From a bacterium (GTDB lineage: Bacteria; Myxococcota_A; Bradymonadia; UBA7976; UBA1532), in contig JAUHXC010000011.1 in NCBI GenBank assembly GCA_030427205.1, forward strand, positions 1-44,015: a stretch of DNA of 44,015 nucleotides, written 5' to 3'. The notes beneath the pieces are model-generated. The model worked only from the letters and a program-made list of their open reading frames with translations. It was not told the origin of the DNA and made no database searches. Below, piece after piece: positions 16,977 to 26,824 of the stretch (its first letter is position 1; each line of letters begins with the position of its first letter). Made by a program: the position numbers and the translations under genes.

Positions 16977-18683
16977 CTACTCCTTCTCGTAGGGCGCCCA
17001 GTAGGGGGCGTGGTTGCCGCCCTGGGTGTTCTGGCCCGGCATCCAGAACGCGGGGGCCGACGGGTCGCCATCCTCGGCGAGCGGGTCGATGCCGGTGACC
17101 CAGATCTGGGGCCGCGGCTCGGTGTCCTGGTCGAGCGGGTCGTTGGGCACCACCCGGCCATAGGCCCGCAGGCTGGTGAACGCCAGCCAGACCCGGCCCG
17201 CGCCCTGGATCGGCGCCCACTTGGGCCAGCTGTTGCCCATCAGCTCGGCCATGTTGGCCCGGTCGAGCCGGATCGGCGGCATGGCCCCCTCGGCGTCGAT
17301 GAGCCACAGGTCGAGGTTGGGGTTGATGCGCTCGCCGTCCATGCCGCCGTTGCCCGGGTCGTCGCCGACGCCGTTGTAGGCGATCCAGCGGCCGTCGGGC
17401 GAGAAGGCCGGCCGATCCCAGCTGCGGTCGTCGGTGCGCTCGACGAGCAGCTCGGGCGGCGTGGGCCACGCGCCGCGGTCCATCGTCCACTTGCCGATGC
17501 TGCCCAGCGGGATCTGCTCGGCGACGGGCACCGCGAAGCCGCCGATGACGCCGACGATGTGCTCGCCCTGCCACGACCAGTCGGGCGCACCGGCCGCGGG
17601 CAGGTCGGGGTGCGAGGGCAGCGGGTCGACCGGGTCTTCGCCGTCGGGCGGCCCGTTGCCCGGCAGCGCGTCGAGCAGCGCCCCGGTCTCGGCGGAGCTG
17701 AGCTGCAGCCGGCCGCCCGAGGTGGCCACGAGCTGGATGCCGTCGGGCGCGAAGCTGGGGAAGACGCCGATCCGCTCGCCGCCCGGATAGAACGGCACGC
17801 TCGGCGCGTCGATGGCCACCGCCTCGAGGTTGCCGGCGGGGAATCCGAAGGAGCGGGTATACGCCATGCGGGTGCCGTCGCGGCTGACGGCGTGGCAGCC
17901 GTAGCAGAAGGCGCCCGGCACCCGGTCGGGGGTCAGGAAGCGCTCGGCCTCGCGGTCGTTGACCGGCAGCCGGGCGATGCCGCCCATGCCCGTATCGAAG
18001 TAGTACACCGCGCCCTTGAGCTGGCCTTCGTCGATCTCGAGGGGCAGCACCGTCGCCTCGCAGACCGGCTGGTCGGGGCCGCGGTACTCGCGCACGGTGA
18101 CCTCGAGCAGGCCGTCGTCGGTGCGCGCGGCGGCCTCCTTGAGCAGCGTCCAGGGGGCCTCGGCGGGCACGAGGTGGTCGGCGGCGGTATACCAGCGCAC
18201 GCTGGCGTCGGCGGTCTGCATCACCACCTCGAAGAGCAGGTCCCCCTGGCGGCGGCCCGGATCCCACTGGAAGTCGACGCCTTCGATGTTGCGCGGCAGC
18301 GCGGTGTTCGCCTCGGGGTAGATCACCACCGGCGGGTCGGCGCACTCGCCCTCGGGGGCCGCGGCGAAGCGCTCGGGCGCGTCTTCGGGGCCGTCGACGA
18401 TCACCACGTCGCCCATGGGCACCGGCGTCGGCACCGCGTCGGGGTCGTCGACCTCGGCGTCGAGCTGGGGCAGGCCCTCGTCGCCCGCAAGCGGCGCGCC
18501 GTCGAGCAGGGTCAGCATCATGTCGGCCTCGGCGTCGACGATGATCGCGGCGTCGAGCGAGGCGCCGGCGTCGTCGGCGGCGGCCTCGTCGTCACAGCCG
18601 ACGAGCACGAGGGGCAGAGCGCACAGCGCGGTGAACAGGGTGGTGGACAGCGCGGTGGACAGGGCAGCGCGGGCGGGGGCCAT
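16977..18683 (-). CDS. Lipoprotein with TolB-like PD40/WD40-like beta-propeller repeats (PAFSPDGRWIAYN, FAPDGIQLV). Contains a single CYGCH (CxxCH) motif.
   Basis: Signal plus lipobox MAPARAALSTALSTTLFTALCALPLVLVGC. PD40 repeat signatures present. The heme-binding significance of CxxCH is uncertain. Confidence 0.6.
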   Translation of the reverse strand: MAPARAALSTALSTTLFTALCALPLVLVGCDDEAAADDAGASLDAAIIVDAEADMMLTLLDGAPLAGDEGLPQLDAEVDDPDAVPTPVPMGDVVIVDGPEDAPERFAAAPEGECADPPVVIYPEANTALPRNIEGVDFQWDPGRRQGDLLFEVVMQTADASVRWYTAADHLVPAEAPWTLLKEAAARTDDGLLEVTVREYRGPDQPVCEATVLPLEIDEGQLKGAVYYFDTGMGGIARLPVNDREAERFLTPDRVPGAFCYGCHAVSRDGTRMAYTRSFGFPAGNLEAVAIDAPSVPFYPGGERIGVFPSFAPDGIQLVATSGGRLQLSSAETGALLDALPGNGPPDGEDPVDPLPSHPDLPAAGAPDWSWQGEHIVGVIGGFAVPVAEQIPLGSIGKWTMDRGAWPTPPELLVERTDDRSWDRPAFSPDGRWIAYNGVGDDPGNGGMDGERINPNLDLWLIDAEGAMPPIRLDRANMAELMGNSWPKWAPIQGAGRVWLAFTSLRAYGRVVPNDPLDQDTEPRPQIWVTGIDPLAEDGDPSAPAFWMPGQNTQGGNHAPYWAPYEKE

Positions 18684-18817
18684 CGACGTCTCCGGGTCGG
18701 TTGCGGCGGCGGCACCTTATCAATCGGCCTCGGTCCGTGTCAGCAGGCCGACTGCATCTGGCCGCGAGGCCCCGCCGTTGGTATGCACTGGACCGGACCG
18801 TCGACAGGAGGTGCCCC

Positions 18818-20629
18818 GTGCAGCCGACCATCCCCGCGCGCCTGATGGCCAACGCCCGCCGCTTCGGCGACCGCCCCGCGGTGCATCATCAGGGCCCCGA
18901 CGGCGAGTGGCGCGCGCTGAACTGGGCCGACTACGCCGCCCGCGCCCGCGCGTTCGGCGGGGCGTTGATCGCCCGCGGCGTCGAGCCGGGGCAGGCGGTG
19001 GGCATCCTGGCCAACAACCGGGTCGAGTGGCTGATCGCGGCGCTGGGCGCGCTGGCGGCGGGCGCGGTGCCCGTCGGCATCTATCCGACGCTGCTCTCGG
19101 AGCAGGTGGCCTACGTGCTGGGCCATTGCCGCGCCCGGCTGGTGGTGGTCGAAGACGCCGAGCAGTGGGCCAAGATCACCGCGGCGGTCGACGGCGCGAA
19201 GCTCGACGCGGGCCTGCGCGGGGCGGTCATCGACGCCGACGGGCTGCCGTCGGCGGACCTCGAATCAGGGCGGGTCGTGCCCTTCTCGACGCTGCTCGAC
19301 GAGGGGGCCGGGCGGGACGACGAGGTGGCCGCCCGCACCGCCGCGTTGAAGCCCGACGACCGGGCGACGCTGATCTACACCAGCGGCACCACCGGCACCC
19401 CCAAGGGCGTCGTGCTGACCCACCACAACCTGGCGTGGACCGCCGGCCGGGCCCCGCACATGATCGACCCGGCGCCCGGACCCGACGACGTGATGGTCTC
19501 GTATCTGCCGCTGAGCCACATCGCCGAGCAGATGCTCTCGGTGCACGTCGCCGTCACCTGGGGCTTCCCGATCTGGATCTGCGCCCGCCTCGAGCACCTG
19601 CGCGAGGTGCTGCCGGTGGCCCGGCCGACGATCTTCATGGGCGTGCCCCGGGTCTGGGAGAAGTTCAAGGCGGCCCTCGAGGGGCGGCTGGGTGAGCTGA
19701 CCGGCGCCAAGGGCCTCATCGCGCAGTGGGCGCTGGCGGTGGGCGCGCAGGCGGGCCCGGTCATCCTCGACGAGGGCCCGCCGAGCGGCTGGCTCGGGCT
19801 GCGCCACCGCGTCGCCGCGCGGATCTTCTTCGGCCCGCTGCGGGCGCGGCTCGGCCTCGATCGACTGCGCATGGCCATCACCGGCGCCGCGCCGCTCGGC
19901 GACGACGTCGCCCGCTTCTTCCTGGGGCTGGGCATCGTGCTGCACGAGGTCTACGGGCAATCCGAGGCCAGCGGGCCGACCAGCTTCGCCCGCAACGTGC
20001 CCGGCGAGCGGCGCTTCGGCACCGTGGGCAAACCCATCGCCGGCGTCGAGGTGCGCATCGCCGACGACGGCGAGATCTGCGTGCGCGGGGGCAATGTCTT
20101 CGCCGGCTACCTCGACGACCCCGAGGCCACCGCCGCGACGCTGATCGACGGCTGGCTGCACAGCGGCGACCTCGGCGCGCTCGACGCCGACGGCTTCCTG
20201 CGGATCACCGGCCGCAAGAAGGACCTCATCATCACCGCCGGCGGCAAGAACGTCGGGCCCGGGGCCATCGAGTCGGCGCTCAAGGCCATCGACGGCATCG
20301 CCCACGCGGTGGTGATCGGCGATCGACGCAAGTACCTCGCGGCGGTGATGACCCTCGAGCCGGAGGGCGCCGCCCGGCTCGCTGGCGGCCGCGGCTGGCC
20401 GACCGACATCGCCGCGCTGTCGCGCCACGAGGGTTTCCACGCCCACGTACAGGCCGCCGTCGACGCGATCAACCACGACGAGCCGCGCTACGCGCAGGTC
20501 AAGCGCTTCGCGCTGCTGCCCGGCGAGTTCACCGTCGATGGGGGCGAATTGACCCCGACGCAGAAGGTCAAGCGGCGGGTGGTCGACGAGAAGTACCGCG
20601 CTGTCATCGACGGCCTCTATCCCGGCTGA
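18818..20629 (+). CDS. AMP-dependent synthetase/ligase, long-chain fatty-acid--CoA ligase-like (FadD family).
   Basis: AMP-binding motif IYTSGTTGTPKGVVLTHHNL and downstream adenylate-forming motifs. GTG start at 18818 preceded by AGGAGG 7 nt upstream; the ORF track's upstream extension is unlikely. Confidence 0.8.
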   Translation: MQPTIPARLMANARRFGDRPAVHHQGPDGEWRALNWADYAARARAFGGALIARGVEPGQAVGILANNRVEWLIAALGALAAGAVPVGIYPTLLSEQVAYVLGHCRARLVVVEDAEQWAKITAAVDGAKLDAGLRGAVIDADGLPSADLESGRVVPFSTLLDEGAGRDDEVAARTAALKPDDRATLIYTSGTTGTPKGVVLTHHNLAWTAGRAPHMIDPAPGPDDVMVSYLPLSHIAEQMLSVHVAVTWGFPIWICARLEHLREVLPVARPTIFMGVPRVWEKFKAALEGRLGELTGAKGLIAQWALAVGAQAGPVILDEGPPSGWLGLRHRVAARIFFGPLRARLGLDRLRMAITGAAPLGDDVARFFLGLGIVLHEVYGQSEASGPTSFARNVPGERRFGTVGKPIAGVEVRIADDGEICVRGGNVFAGYLDDPEATAATLIDGWLHSGDLGALDADGFLRITGRKKDLIITAGGKNVGPGAIESALKAIDGIAHAVVIGDRRKYLAAVMTLEPEGAARLAGGRGWPTDIAALSRHEGFHAHVQAAVDAINHDEPRYAQVKRFALLPGEFTVDGGELTPTQKVKRRVVDEKYRAVIDGLYPG

Positions 20630-20639
20630 CCGGGCTGAC

Positions 20640-20869
20640 CGCTTCCTCCGACCGGAAACCACGCGAAGCCACGTAGCGACAACCCCGTAGTACCTACGTT
20701 TCGTGGCAGAAGGGGTCACCGACGGTCAGGTTCAGAACGTATCCGACCGTCCGCGTCTCTACCTAAGATCAAGCCCCCGTGGTTTGGCTCTATAACCATC
20801 TGTTACTTGCAAATCTCCGCTATCCGCCGGCCGCTGCCCCGACCGGCGCACCTCAACCAGGAGGACCCC
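20640..20869 (+). promoter_or_regulatory. Locally low-GC intergenic region upstream of the XRE regulator gene. Contains the perfect palindrome CGTAGTACCTACG (20685-20697) with an extra ACGTAG half-site at 20671-20676, and a TATAAC element at ~20793.
   Basis: Base composition drops relative to flanks. Palindrome read directly. AGGAGG RBS 7 nt before the ATG at 20870. Confidence 0.35.
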
Positions 20870-21388
20870 ATGCCCGCCGAAAAGCCGCTCCCGCCTCGCA
20901 GCCCGCGCACCCGCCGGCGCCAGATGTCGCATCCCGTCGCCCCCGGCCGCGCGATCGTGCAGTACGAGACCTTCGGACAGATCCTGTTCCGTCGGCGCAA
21001 GGAGCTGCGCATGACCCAGAGCCAGCTCGCCCGCAAGATCGGGGTCCAGCCCAACTACATCGTCTATCTCGAGAAGGGCGAGCGGCGCCCGAGTGACCGC
21101 ACCGTTCGAAAGGTGGCCGACGCCCTCGGCCTCGACCGCGGTGAGATGTACCTCGCAGCGAACCCTCAGATCCGCGAGTTCCTCGACGTCAACGACCAGA
21201 ACGAGGTGCACAACGACGACCTGCCCGACGGGCTGCAGGCGTTGATCGACGACGCGGAGCTCTGCGAGCAGATGGGCATCACCGACGACGAGATCGCGCT
21301 CGTCTCGCAGGTGCGCTTCGCCGGCCGCTCGACCCGCAAGCAGCAGTACCTGTCGCTCATCCTCAACATCCGGTACATCTTCGCCTGA
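20870..21388 (+). CDS. XRE-family helix-turn-helix transcriptional regulator (HTH: MTQSQLARKIGVQPNYIVYLEKGERRPSDRTVRKVADALGL) with an acidic C-terminal domain.
   Basis: Canonical Cro/C1-type HTH signature; strong RBS. Confidence 0.7.
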   Translation: MPAEKPLPPRSPRTRRRQMSHPVAPGRAIVQYETFGQILFRRRKELRMTQSQLARKIGVQPNYIVYLEKGERRPSDRTVRKVADALGLDRGEMYLAANPQIREFLDVNDQNEVHNDDLPDGLQALIDDAELCEQMGITDDEIALVSQVRFAGRSTRKQQYLSLILNIRYIFA

Positions 21389-21392
21389 GCGA

Positions 21393-21413
21393 CGCCCGCA
21401 CGGCGCGCGGGCG
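21393..21413 (+). terminator. GC-rich hairpin CGCCCGC-acggcgc-GCGGGCG immediately after the regulator stop codon; no U-tract.
   Basis: 7-bp perfect stem read directly. The absent T-tract makes an intrinsic terminator uncertain. Confidence 0.2.
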
Positions 21414-21467
21414 GGCGCGTCAACGGCAGGTCGCGGCGGAGGTCCCCCCTCGGCCGCAGGAGGTCGC

Positions 21468-22205
21468 ATGGGCATTCTCACCGGTCCGACCGCCGCGGTA
21501 CGCGGCGCAAAGCTGCTGCTCGAACACAAGAGCCTCGTGCCGCTCGCGCTGCTGCCGGCCGGGGTGGCGTGCGTCCTCTCCTTCGTCGGCATCTGGGCCG
21601 CCTTCCGCTTCGGCGACGTCACCGCGGCCATCTGGCCCGACGCGCCGGAGAACTGGCTGCTCTACGCGCTGTGGTGGATCGGCGGCACGCTGACCCAGAT
21701 CGCCGCCGCCATCGGCGCGCTGATCATCACCCCGTGGCTGGTGATGCTGGTCGGGCTGCCGCTGTGCGGTCCGCTCGCGGAGAAAGCCGACGAGCTGCTC
21801 GGCGGCATGCCCTCCGACGGCGGCTTCTGGGGCGACATCGTCGCCAGCCTGCGCTCGACGGCGGGCATGACCGCGCTGGGGCTGGTGGGGGCCATCCTCT
21901 TCTTCCTCATGGGCCTCATCCCGGTGGTCGGGCTGGTCACCACCCCCTTCGTGACCTTCGTCTGGACCCCGATCTTCCTGTGCTTCGACCTCTACGATCC
22001 GGTGCTCGCCCGGCGGAAGTTCCGCTTCCGCCGCAAGCTGCGGGCGGTGACCGGGCGCCCGCTCACCGGCATCAGCGTCGGCCTGACCGGCATGGCGTTG
22101 ATGTCGATCCCGCTGGTGAACCTCTTCGGTCTGCCGGTCGCGGTGCTCGGCGGGGTGGTCGCGGTGCGCGAGCTGGAAGACGCCGAGAAGCTGCCCGCCG
22201 AGTAG
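21468..22205 (+). CDS. EI24/CysZ-like (DUF540) polytopic inner-membrane protein.
   Basis: 4-6 TM helices with the conserved FFL.GLIP..G...PF arrangement typical of the CysZ/EI24 family. AGGAGG RBS 5 nt upstream. Confidence 0.55.
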   Translation: MGILTGPTAAVRGAKLLLEHKSLVPLALLPAGVACVLSFVGIWAAFRFGDVTAAIWPDAPENWLLYALWWIGGTLTQIAAAIGALIITPWLVMLVGLPLCGPLAEKADELLGGMPSDGGFWGDIVASLRSTAGMTALGLVGAILFFLMGLIPVVGLVTTPFVTFVWTPIFLCFDLYDPVLARRKFRFRRKLRAVTGRPLTGISVGLTGMALMSIPLVNLFGLPVAVLGGVVAVRELEDAEKLPAE

Positions 22206-22317
22206 ACGGGCCGGCGCCGCGCGGGCACCGCGGCAGAAAACTTCCCCGGCCGTTGGTTGTCCTCAGCCTCGAATCGGCGGTATGACGCCCCACCCACCCC
22301 AGGAGAGGGGACCCCCC

Positions 22318-23037
22318 ATGGCTCGACAAGCCCCCCAGCCCGGTGACGAGATCGACCTCGACGCGTGGCTCACCGAAGACGGCGAAGACGCCGCGCCGCC
22401 GCCCCGCCGGGGGGTGACGATGCGCCACCCGCTGATGTTGCTCGCGGTCTTGGGGGTGGCGGTCTTCCTCTTCGTCGAGAGCTGGCCCCGCACCGCCTAC
22501 ATGATCGCCGAGCCGATCGAGTGCGGCGACATCTCCCAGCGGCCGCACCTGCGGCAGAGCACGCCCGAGACCCTGCCCGAGCTGCCCACCGACGGCCTGT
22601 GCCGGCTCAAGGGGGTCTCGCAGTCCCGGGGCAACCTGGCCACCGGCGAGCCGCGGGAAGATACCGAAGACCCCTACGAGAAGAACGCCGGGCGCAAGAT
22701 CTACGTGAAGCTCTTCGGCGATCGGGTCTTCGCCGTCCTGCCCGCCGACCGCGAGGTCATCGGCTATCGCCTGCGCAACGAAGGGCTGGTGGGCTACGAG
22801 ATCGACGCCGTCGGCCGCTTGTTCGACCCCGACGCGGTCGAAGGCTACGCCGATACTGCCCGCACCCTGCGCCTGAAGTTCTCGCTGGGCAGCGACCAGC
22901 CGCTGCGCATCTTCGACGCCACCGACGATCCCGCCGACCGCTGGCCCTACGCGATCATCTCGGTGGTGCTGCTGCTGACCGCGCTGCTGGCGGCCTTCGG
23001 GCTGCTGCGCATGGTGCTCGGGGCGCGGCGACGCTGA
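22318..23037 (+). CDS. Hypothetical bitopic membrane protein (TM near residue 45 and a C-terminal TM) with a central soluble domain of unknown function.
   Basis: ATG at 22318 with an AGGAGAGGGG RBS. Two hydrophobic helices; no recognisable domain. Confidence 0.5.
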   Translation: MARQAPQPGDEIDLDAWLTEDGEDAAPPPRRGVTMRHPLMLLAVLGVAVFLFVESWPRTAYMIAEPIECGDISQRPHLRQSTPETLPELPTDGLCRLKGVSQSRGNLATGEPREDTEDPYEKNAGRKIYVKLFGDRVFAVLPADREVIGYRLRNEGLVGYEIDAVGRLFDPDAVEGYADTARTLRLKFSLGSDQPLRIFDATDDPADRWPYAIISVVLLLTALLAAFGLLRMVLGARRR

Positions 23038-23055
23038 GCGCCGCGGCGGGTCGGG

Positions 23056-25707
23056 CTACTCGCCCGGCTGGTAGGTCGACAGCGCGCGGGTCAGATCGGG
23101 CGGCAGCCGGCCGTCGGCGGCGACCAGCGGCTGCACCCGCGGGCCGAGCAGCAGGCCAGCGGTCGGGCCATCGACCGGCACCCGGGCCACCGGCACGTAG
23201 GGCAGCGCCTCGAGCAGCGCCTCTTCGATCTTGCCGTAGAGCGCGCCCCGCGCCGTGGCGTCGGTCGTGGCGGACGCCTCGCCGATCCATGCGGTGATCT
23301 CGGTGCCGTCGACGCCCGGGCCACGCTCGACGAGCCGGGCCAGCGTGCGCAGGAAGGGCAGCGGATCGCCGCCGATGCGGCCATCGGCCACCTGCACGAA
23401 GACCGCGTCGAGCTGCCGATCGGCCAGCGTCGAGCGCAGCTGGTCGCGGCTGATGATGCTGAGCACGACCTTGAGCCCGATCGCCCGCAGCTGCGAGGCG
23501 AGCACCCCGGCCACCGCCTGGTCGCCTTCGATGGTGCCGAGCAGCAGCGGCGCGGTGGAGTCCACCTCGGCCATCAGCGCCCGGGCCCGATCGAGGTCGT
23601 AGGCCAGGGCGTCGGCATCGGCAGCGAAGCCGAGCTGGCCCGCTTCGAGGATGCGGTGCTGGGGCTCGACCGCCCGGGCCAGCGCGCCGGCCAGCTTCGC
23701 CCGATCGAGGGCCAGCGCGATGGCGCGGCGGACGCGGGCGTCGCTCTGGGGTCCATCGCCGAGGAAGAGCAAGCCGTAGTGAGCCATGGCGCCGGCGTCG
23801 ACCAGCGGCGCCGCCCGCACCCGATCGGACGCCGCCTTCAGCGCCGGCTGCATCGCGCGCGGATCGGCGAACACCTCGGCCGCCAGCGGCACCCGGGCCA
23901 GATCGAGGCGTTCGGCGCTCACCGCCGCCAGCGCCGCCGCGGCGCTCTCGACGCGGTCGATGTTGAGCACGGCCGGGCCGGCGGTGTTCTTCCAGCGACC
24001 CTCGGCGGCGCGGACGAGGCGGTATTCGCCGTCGTGCGGCGCCGATTCGAAGCGGAAGGCGCCGCTGCCCACCGGGCGATTGAAGCGCCGCGGGTCGTCG
24101 CACTCGTCGATGCCGGCGGGCAGCAGCCGCACCGCGCCGAGCGGGTGCACCGCGTAGGCCCTCGGCCGGGTATAGACCACCTCGACGCCGCCGGTGGGCA
24201 GCGCGGTGACCGACCGCACCCCATCGTCGGCGAGGCCGGTGGTGAAGCGGCGGGCGTACTCGATCGACCACGCCAGATCGGCGTCGGCGGCCGGGCGGCC
24301 GCCTTCGACGCAGGGGTGATCGTGAAAGTGCACGCCCTCGGCCAGCGAGACCTGCACCCGGGTGCCGTCGGGGGCCGCCGTCCAGCGGCCCACCGCGCCG
24401 GGGGCCGGGTTGCCGTCGGGCTTGATGCGAACCAGCCGCTCGACGACGAGGTCGATGACCATCGAGGAGGCGCTGTCGGTCGCGGGGTAGGTCTCGAGGA
24501 TGCCGCGGTCGGTCGTCCAGCCCATGGTCAGCTCGAGCGGGCCGGCGGGCGCGGGCGCTGCGGGCGGCGCGGTGGGCTGGGGCCCGGGCGCGGCGGTCTC
24601 GGGCGCGACGCTCGGGGCCGGCACCGGCTCGGGGGCGCGCACGAACATCGCATACAGCGCGCCGAGGCAGCCGGCGAGCAGCACGCCCACCACCCCGAAG
24701 AGCAGCCAGTTGGTGCGCTGCTCCTGGCTCATCGGCGGCGGCGCTTCTTCTTCGGTGCCGTGGCTGATGATCGCGGTGGCGAAGACCGGCGTATCGTCGC
24801 CGCCGGGCCGCCGCACGATCGGCGCGCTGACCGCGCCGCTGAACGGCGCGATCGCCGCCCGCATGGCGCCCGCGTGCACGTAGCGATCGGAGGGTTTCTT
24901 GGCCAGCGACTTGTGGATCACCGCCTGCAGCCCCTCGGGCGCCACGTCGGCGTCGGGCGGGGTCGCGTCGCGGTGCTGCTGCATGATCGCGATGGCGCTC
25001 TTGCCGGTGAACGGCAGCCGACCCTGGATCAAACGGAAGAGCAGCACGCCCACCGCGTAGATGTCGGTCGCCGGGCCGATCTCCTTCTGGTCGATCTGCT
25101 CGGGCGCCATGTACGTCGGCGTGCCCAGGGTCAGGCCCATGCGGGTGATGCGCTTGCCCTGGGCGTCCTCCTCGAGGATGCGGGCGATGCCGAAGTCGAG
25201 CACCCGCACCGTCTCGCGGCCGTCGGGGCCGAGCACGAGCATGATGTTCGACGGGTTGATGTCGCGGTGCACGATGCCGCGGCCGTGGGCGTCCTGCAGC
25301 GCCTGCAATATCTGGGTGCACAGCTCGATGGCCCGAGCCACCGTCACCGCGCCCTCGCCGTCGAGCAGCTGCTGCAGCGAGCGCCCGTGGATGAGCTCCT
25401 GCACGATGAAGACGATGCCGTCGGGCTCTTCGCCGCAGTCGAGCAGCCGCACCGCGTAGGGGGTGTCCATCTGGGCCATGACCCGGGCTTCGCGCATGAA
25501 GCGCGCCCGGCTGGCCTCGGCGCTCTCGGCGTCGGTCAGCTGCGGGTGCAGCACCTTCACCGCCACCTCGCGGTCGGCGATGCGGGCGCGATAGACCGCG
25601 CCGAACGTGCCCTTGGCCAGGGGGGCCTGGATGATATAGCGCCCGCCCAGGGCCCGCCCGATGAGCGGATCGCTTTCGACGTTGGGGTCGTCCGGCGGCG
25701 TCACCAC
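23056..25707 (-). CDS. Ser/Thr protein kinase (catalytically competent: [23 protein letters not shown]) - TM helix - extracytoplasmic solute-binding protein family 5 (peptide/nickel SBP-like) domain.
   Basis: All Hanks kinase motifs intact in the N-terminal 290 aa. A single TM helix ([23 protein letters not shown]) follows. The C-terminal ~480 aa show the SBP_bac_5 pattern (MGWTTD...ETYPATD..., [15 protein letters not shown]). GTG start at 25707. Confidence 0.75.
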   Translation of the reverse strand: MVTPPDDPNVESDPLIGRALGGRYIIQAPLAKGTFGAVYRARIADREVAVKVLHPQLTDAESAEASRARFMREARVMAQMDTPYAVRLLDCGEEPDGIVFIVQELIHGRSLQQLLDGEGAVTVARAIELCTQILQALQDAHGRGIVHRDINPSNIMLVLGPDGRETVRVLDFGIARILEEDAQGKRITRMGLTLGTPTYMAPEQIDQKEIGPATDIYAVGVLLFRLIQGRLPFTGKSAIAIMQQHRDATPPDADVAPEGLQAVIHKSLAKKPSDRYVHAGAMRAAIAPFSGAVSAPIVRRPGGDDTPVFATAIISHGTEEEAPPPMSQEQRTNWLLFGVVGVLLAGCLGALYAMFVRAPEPVPAPSVAPETAAPGPQPTAPPAAPAPAGPLELTMGWTTDRGILETYPATDSASSMVIDLVVERLVRIKPDGNPAPGAVGRWTAAPDGTRVQVSLAEGVHFHDHPCVEGGRPAADADLAWSIEYARRFTTGLADDGVRSVTALPTGGVEVVYTRPRAYAVHPLGAVRLLPAGIDECDDPRRFNRPVGSGAFRFESAPHDGEYRLVRAAEGRWKNTAGPAVLNIDRVESAAAALAAVSAERLDLARVPLAAEVFADPRAMQPALKAASDRVRAAPLVDAGAMAHYGLLFLGDGPQSDARVRRAIALALDRAKLAGALARAVEPQHRILEAGQLGFAADADALAYDLDRARALMAEVDSTAPLLLGTIEGDQAVAGVLASQLRAIGLKVVLSIISRDQLRSTLADRQLDAVFVQVADGRIGGDPLPFLRTLARLVERGPGVDGTEITAWIGEASATTDATARGALYGKIEEALLEALPYVPVARVPVDGPTAGLLLGPRVQPLVAADGRLPPDLTRALSTYQPGE

Positions 25708-25866
25708 GGTCCTCCGAGCATTCGCGCCGCGGGGCCTTCGGGCGGCGGACGGTCAACCGCCGGCGCTCGCCCGGAATCGGGCCCCACTCCGGGGGGGATC
25801 CTAACCGGGATCGTGCCGGATCGCATCAATCGCGAATCCGGCCCGCTCCACGGCCGGATGGACTCT

Positions 25867-26691
25867 TCAGATCCGGCGGTGGTCGCGCAGCGGGATCGAG
25901 CGGCGCACCGCGGCGGTGCGCTCGGGGTCGATCTCCGCCAGACACAGCCCCTCGCCATGCCCGCGATCGGCGAGCACCACGCCCCACGGGTCGATGATGA
26001 CGCTGTGCCCGTAGCTGCGCCGCTTGCCCTCCGCGTCGTGGGTCCCCCACTGCGCCGGCGCCAGCACGTGGCACTCGGTCTCGATGGCCCGGGCCCGCAG
26101 CAGCGCGTGCCAGTGGTCCTTGCCGGTGGTCAGGGTGAACGCCGACGGGATGCAGATGATGTCGGCGCCTTTGTCGACCAGGGCCCGGTACAGCTCGGGG
26201 AAGCGCAGGTCGTAGCAGATCGACAGGCCGATGTTGCCCAGCGCCGTCTCGGCGACGACGACCTCGTCGCCGGGCGCGATGGTGTCCGACTCGCGGATGG
26301 TCAACCCGCCGGGCACGTCGACGTCGAAGAGGTGCATCTTGCGGTAGGCCGCGAGGCGCTGCCCATCGGGGCCGAAGAGGATGCTCGTATTGTGGCAGCG
26401 CGTCTTGTCGATCTCACCGCCGGGCAGGATGCGCCGCTCGGCGAGGCTGCCCACCAGCAGGTGGATCGACAGCTCATCGGCCAGGGCCGCGAACCGCCGG
26501 GCGATGGGCCCGTCGATGCCCTCGGCGAGGTCGACCTTGTGAAACTGCGGGCCGAGGAACGCGGTGTTCTCCGGGGTGGCGACGAACGCCGCGCCGAGCC
26601 GGGCCGCGCGCCGGATCTGATGCTCGGCGGTCTCCAGGTTGCGCTGGATGTCGGTGGTGCAACGGAGCTGGACGCAGGCGGCGAGGAACAT
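25867..26691 (-). CDS. Carbon-nitrogen hydrolase (nitrilase/amidase superfamily) protein.
   Basis: CN-hydrolase catalytic triad context: E (ATPENT), K (YRKMHLFD), C (GLSICYDLRFPE). Start at the ATG at 26691 (MFLAACVQLRCTT). Confidence 0.8.
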   Translation of the reverse strand: MFLAACVQLRCTTDIQRNLETAEHQIRRAARLGAAFVATPENTAFLGPQFHKVDLAEGIDGPIARRFAALADELSIHLLVGSLAERRILPGGEIDKTRCHNTSILFGPDGQRLAAYRKMHLFDVDVPGGLTIRESDTIAPGDEVVVAETALGNIGLSICYDLRFPELYRALVDKGADIICIPSAFTLTTGKDHWHALLRARAIETECHVLAPAQWGTHDAEGKRRSYGHSVIIDPWGVVLADRGHGEGLCLAEIDPERTAAVRRSIPLRDHRRI

Positions 26692-26824
26692 CGGGACCCC
26701 CGTGAGGTGAAGCGAATGCCGGCATTGTGGTGGCCCCGCCCCGGCGGTGGCAAGGGGCCCGACCGCAGCGCGCCCCATGGTAGATTGTCACCCGCCGATA
26801 CGACGCCGCGCCCGCTGGAGCCCG

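Noticed and set aside
17900-17915. CxxCH motif in the TolB-like protein as a definite cytochrome c site
   Set aside because: Single occurrence with no other heme-binding context; kept only as a low-interest observation.
17010-18845. 611-aa plus-strand ORF; 16933..18345 minus ORF
   Set aside because: Antisense or alternate frame of the TolB-like lipoprotein gene.
19265-20719. 484-aa minus-strand ORF; 19726..20676 plus ORF
   Set aside because: Overlaps the AMP-dependent synthetase gene, which has canonical motifs.
25811-25838. Imperfect hairpin CCGGATCGC-atcaa-TCGCGAATCCGG between the nitrilase stop and the kinase start
   Set aside because: Bulged stem, no U-tract; could equally be chance in GC-rich DNA.
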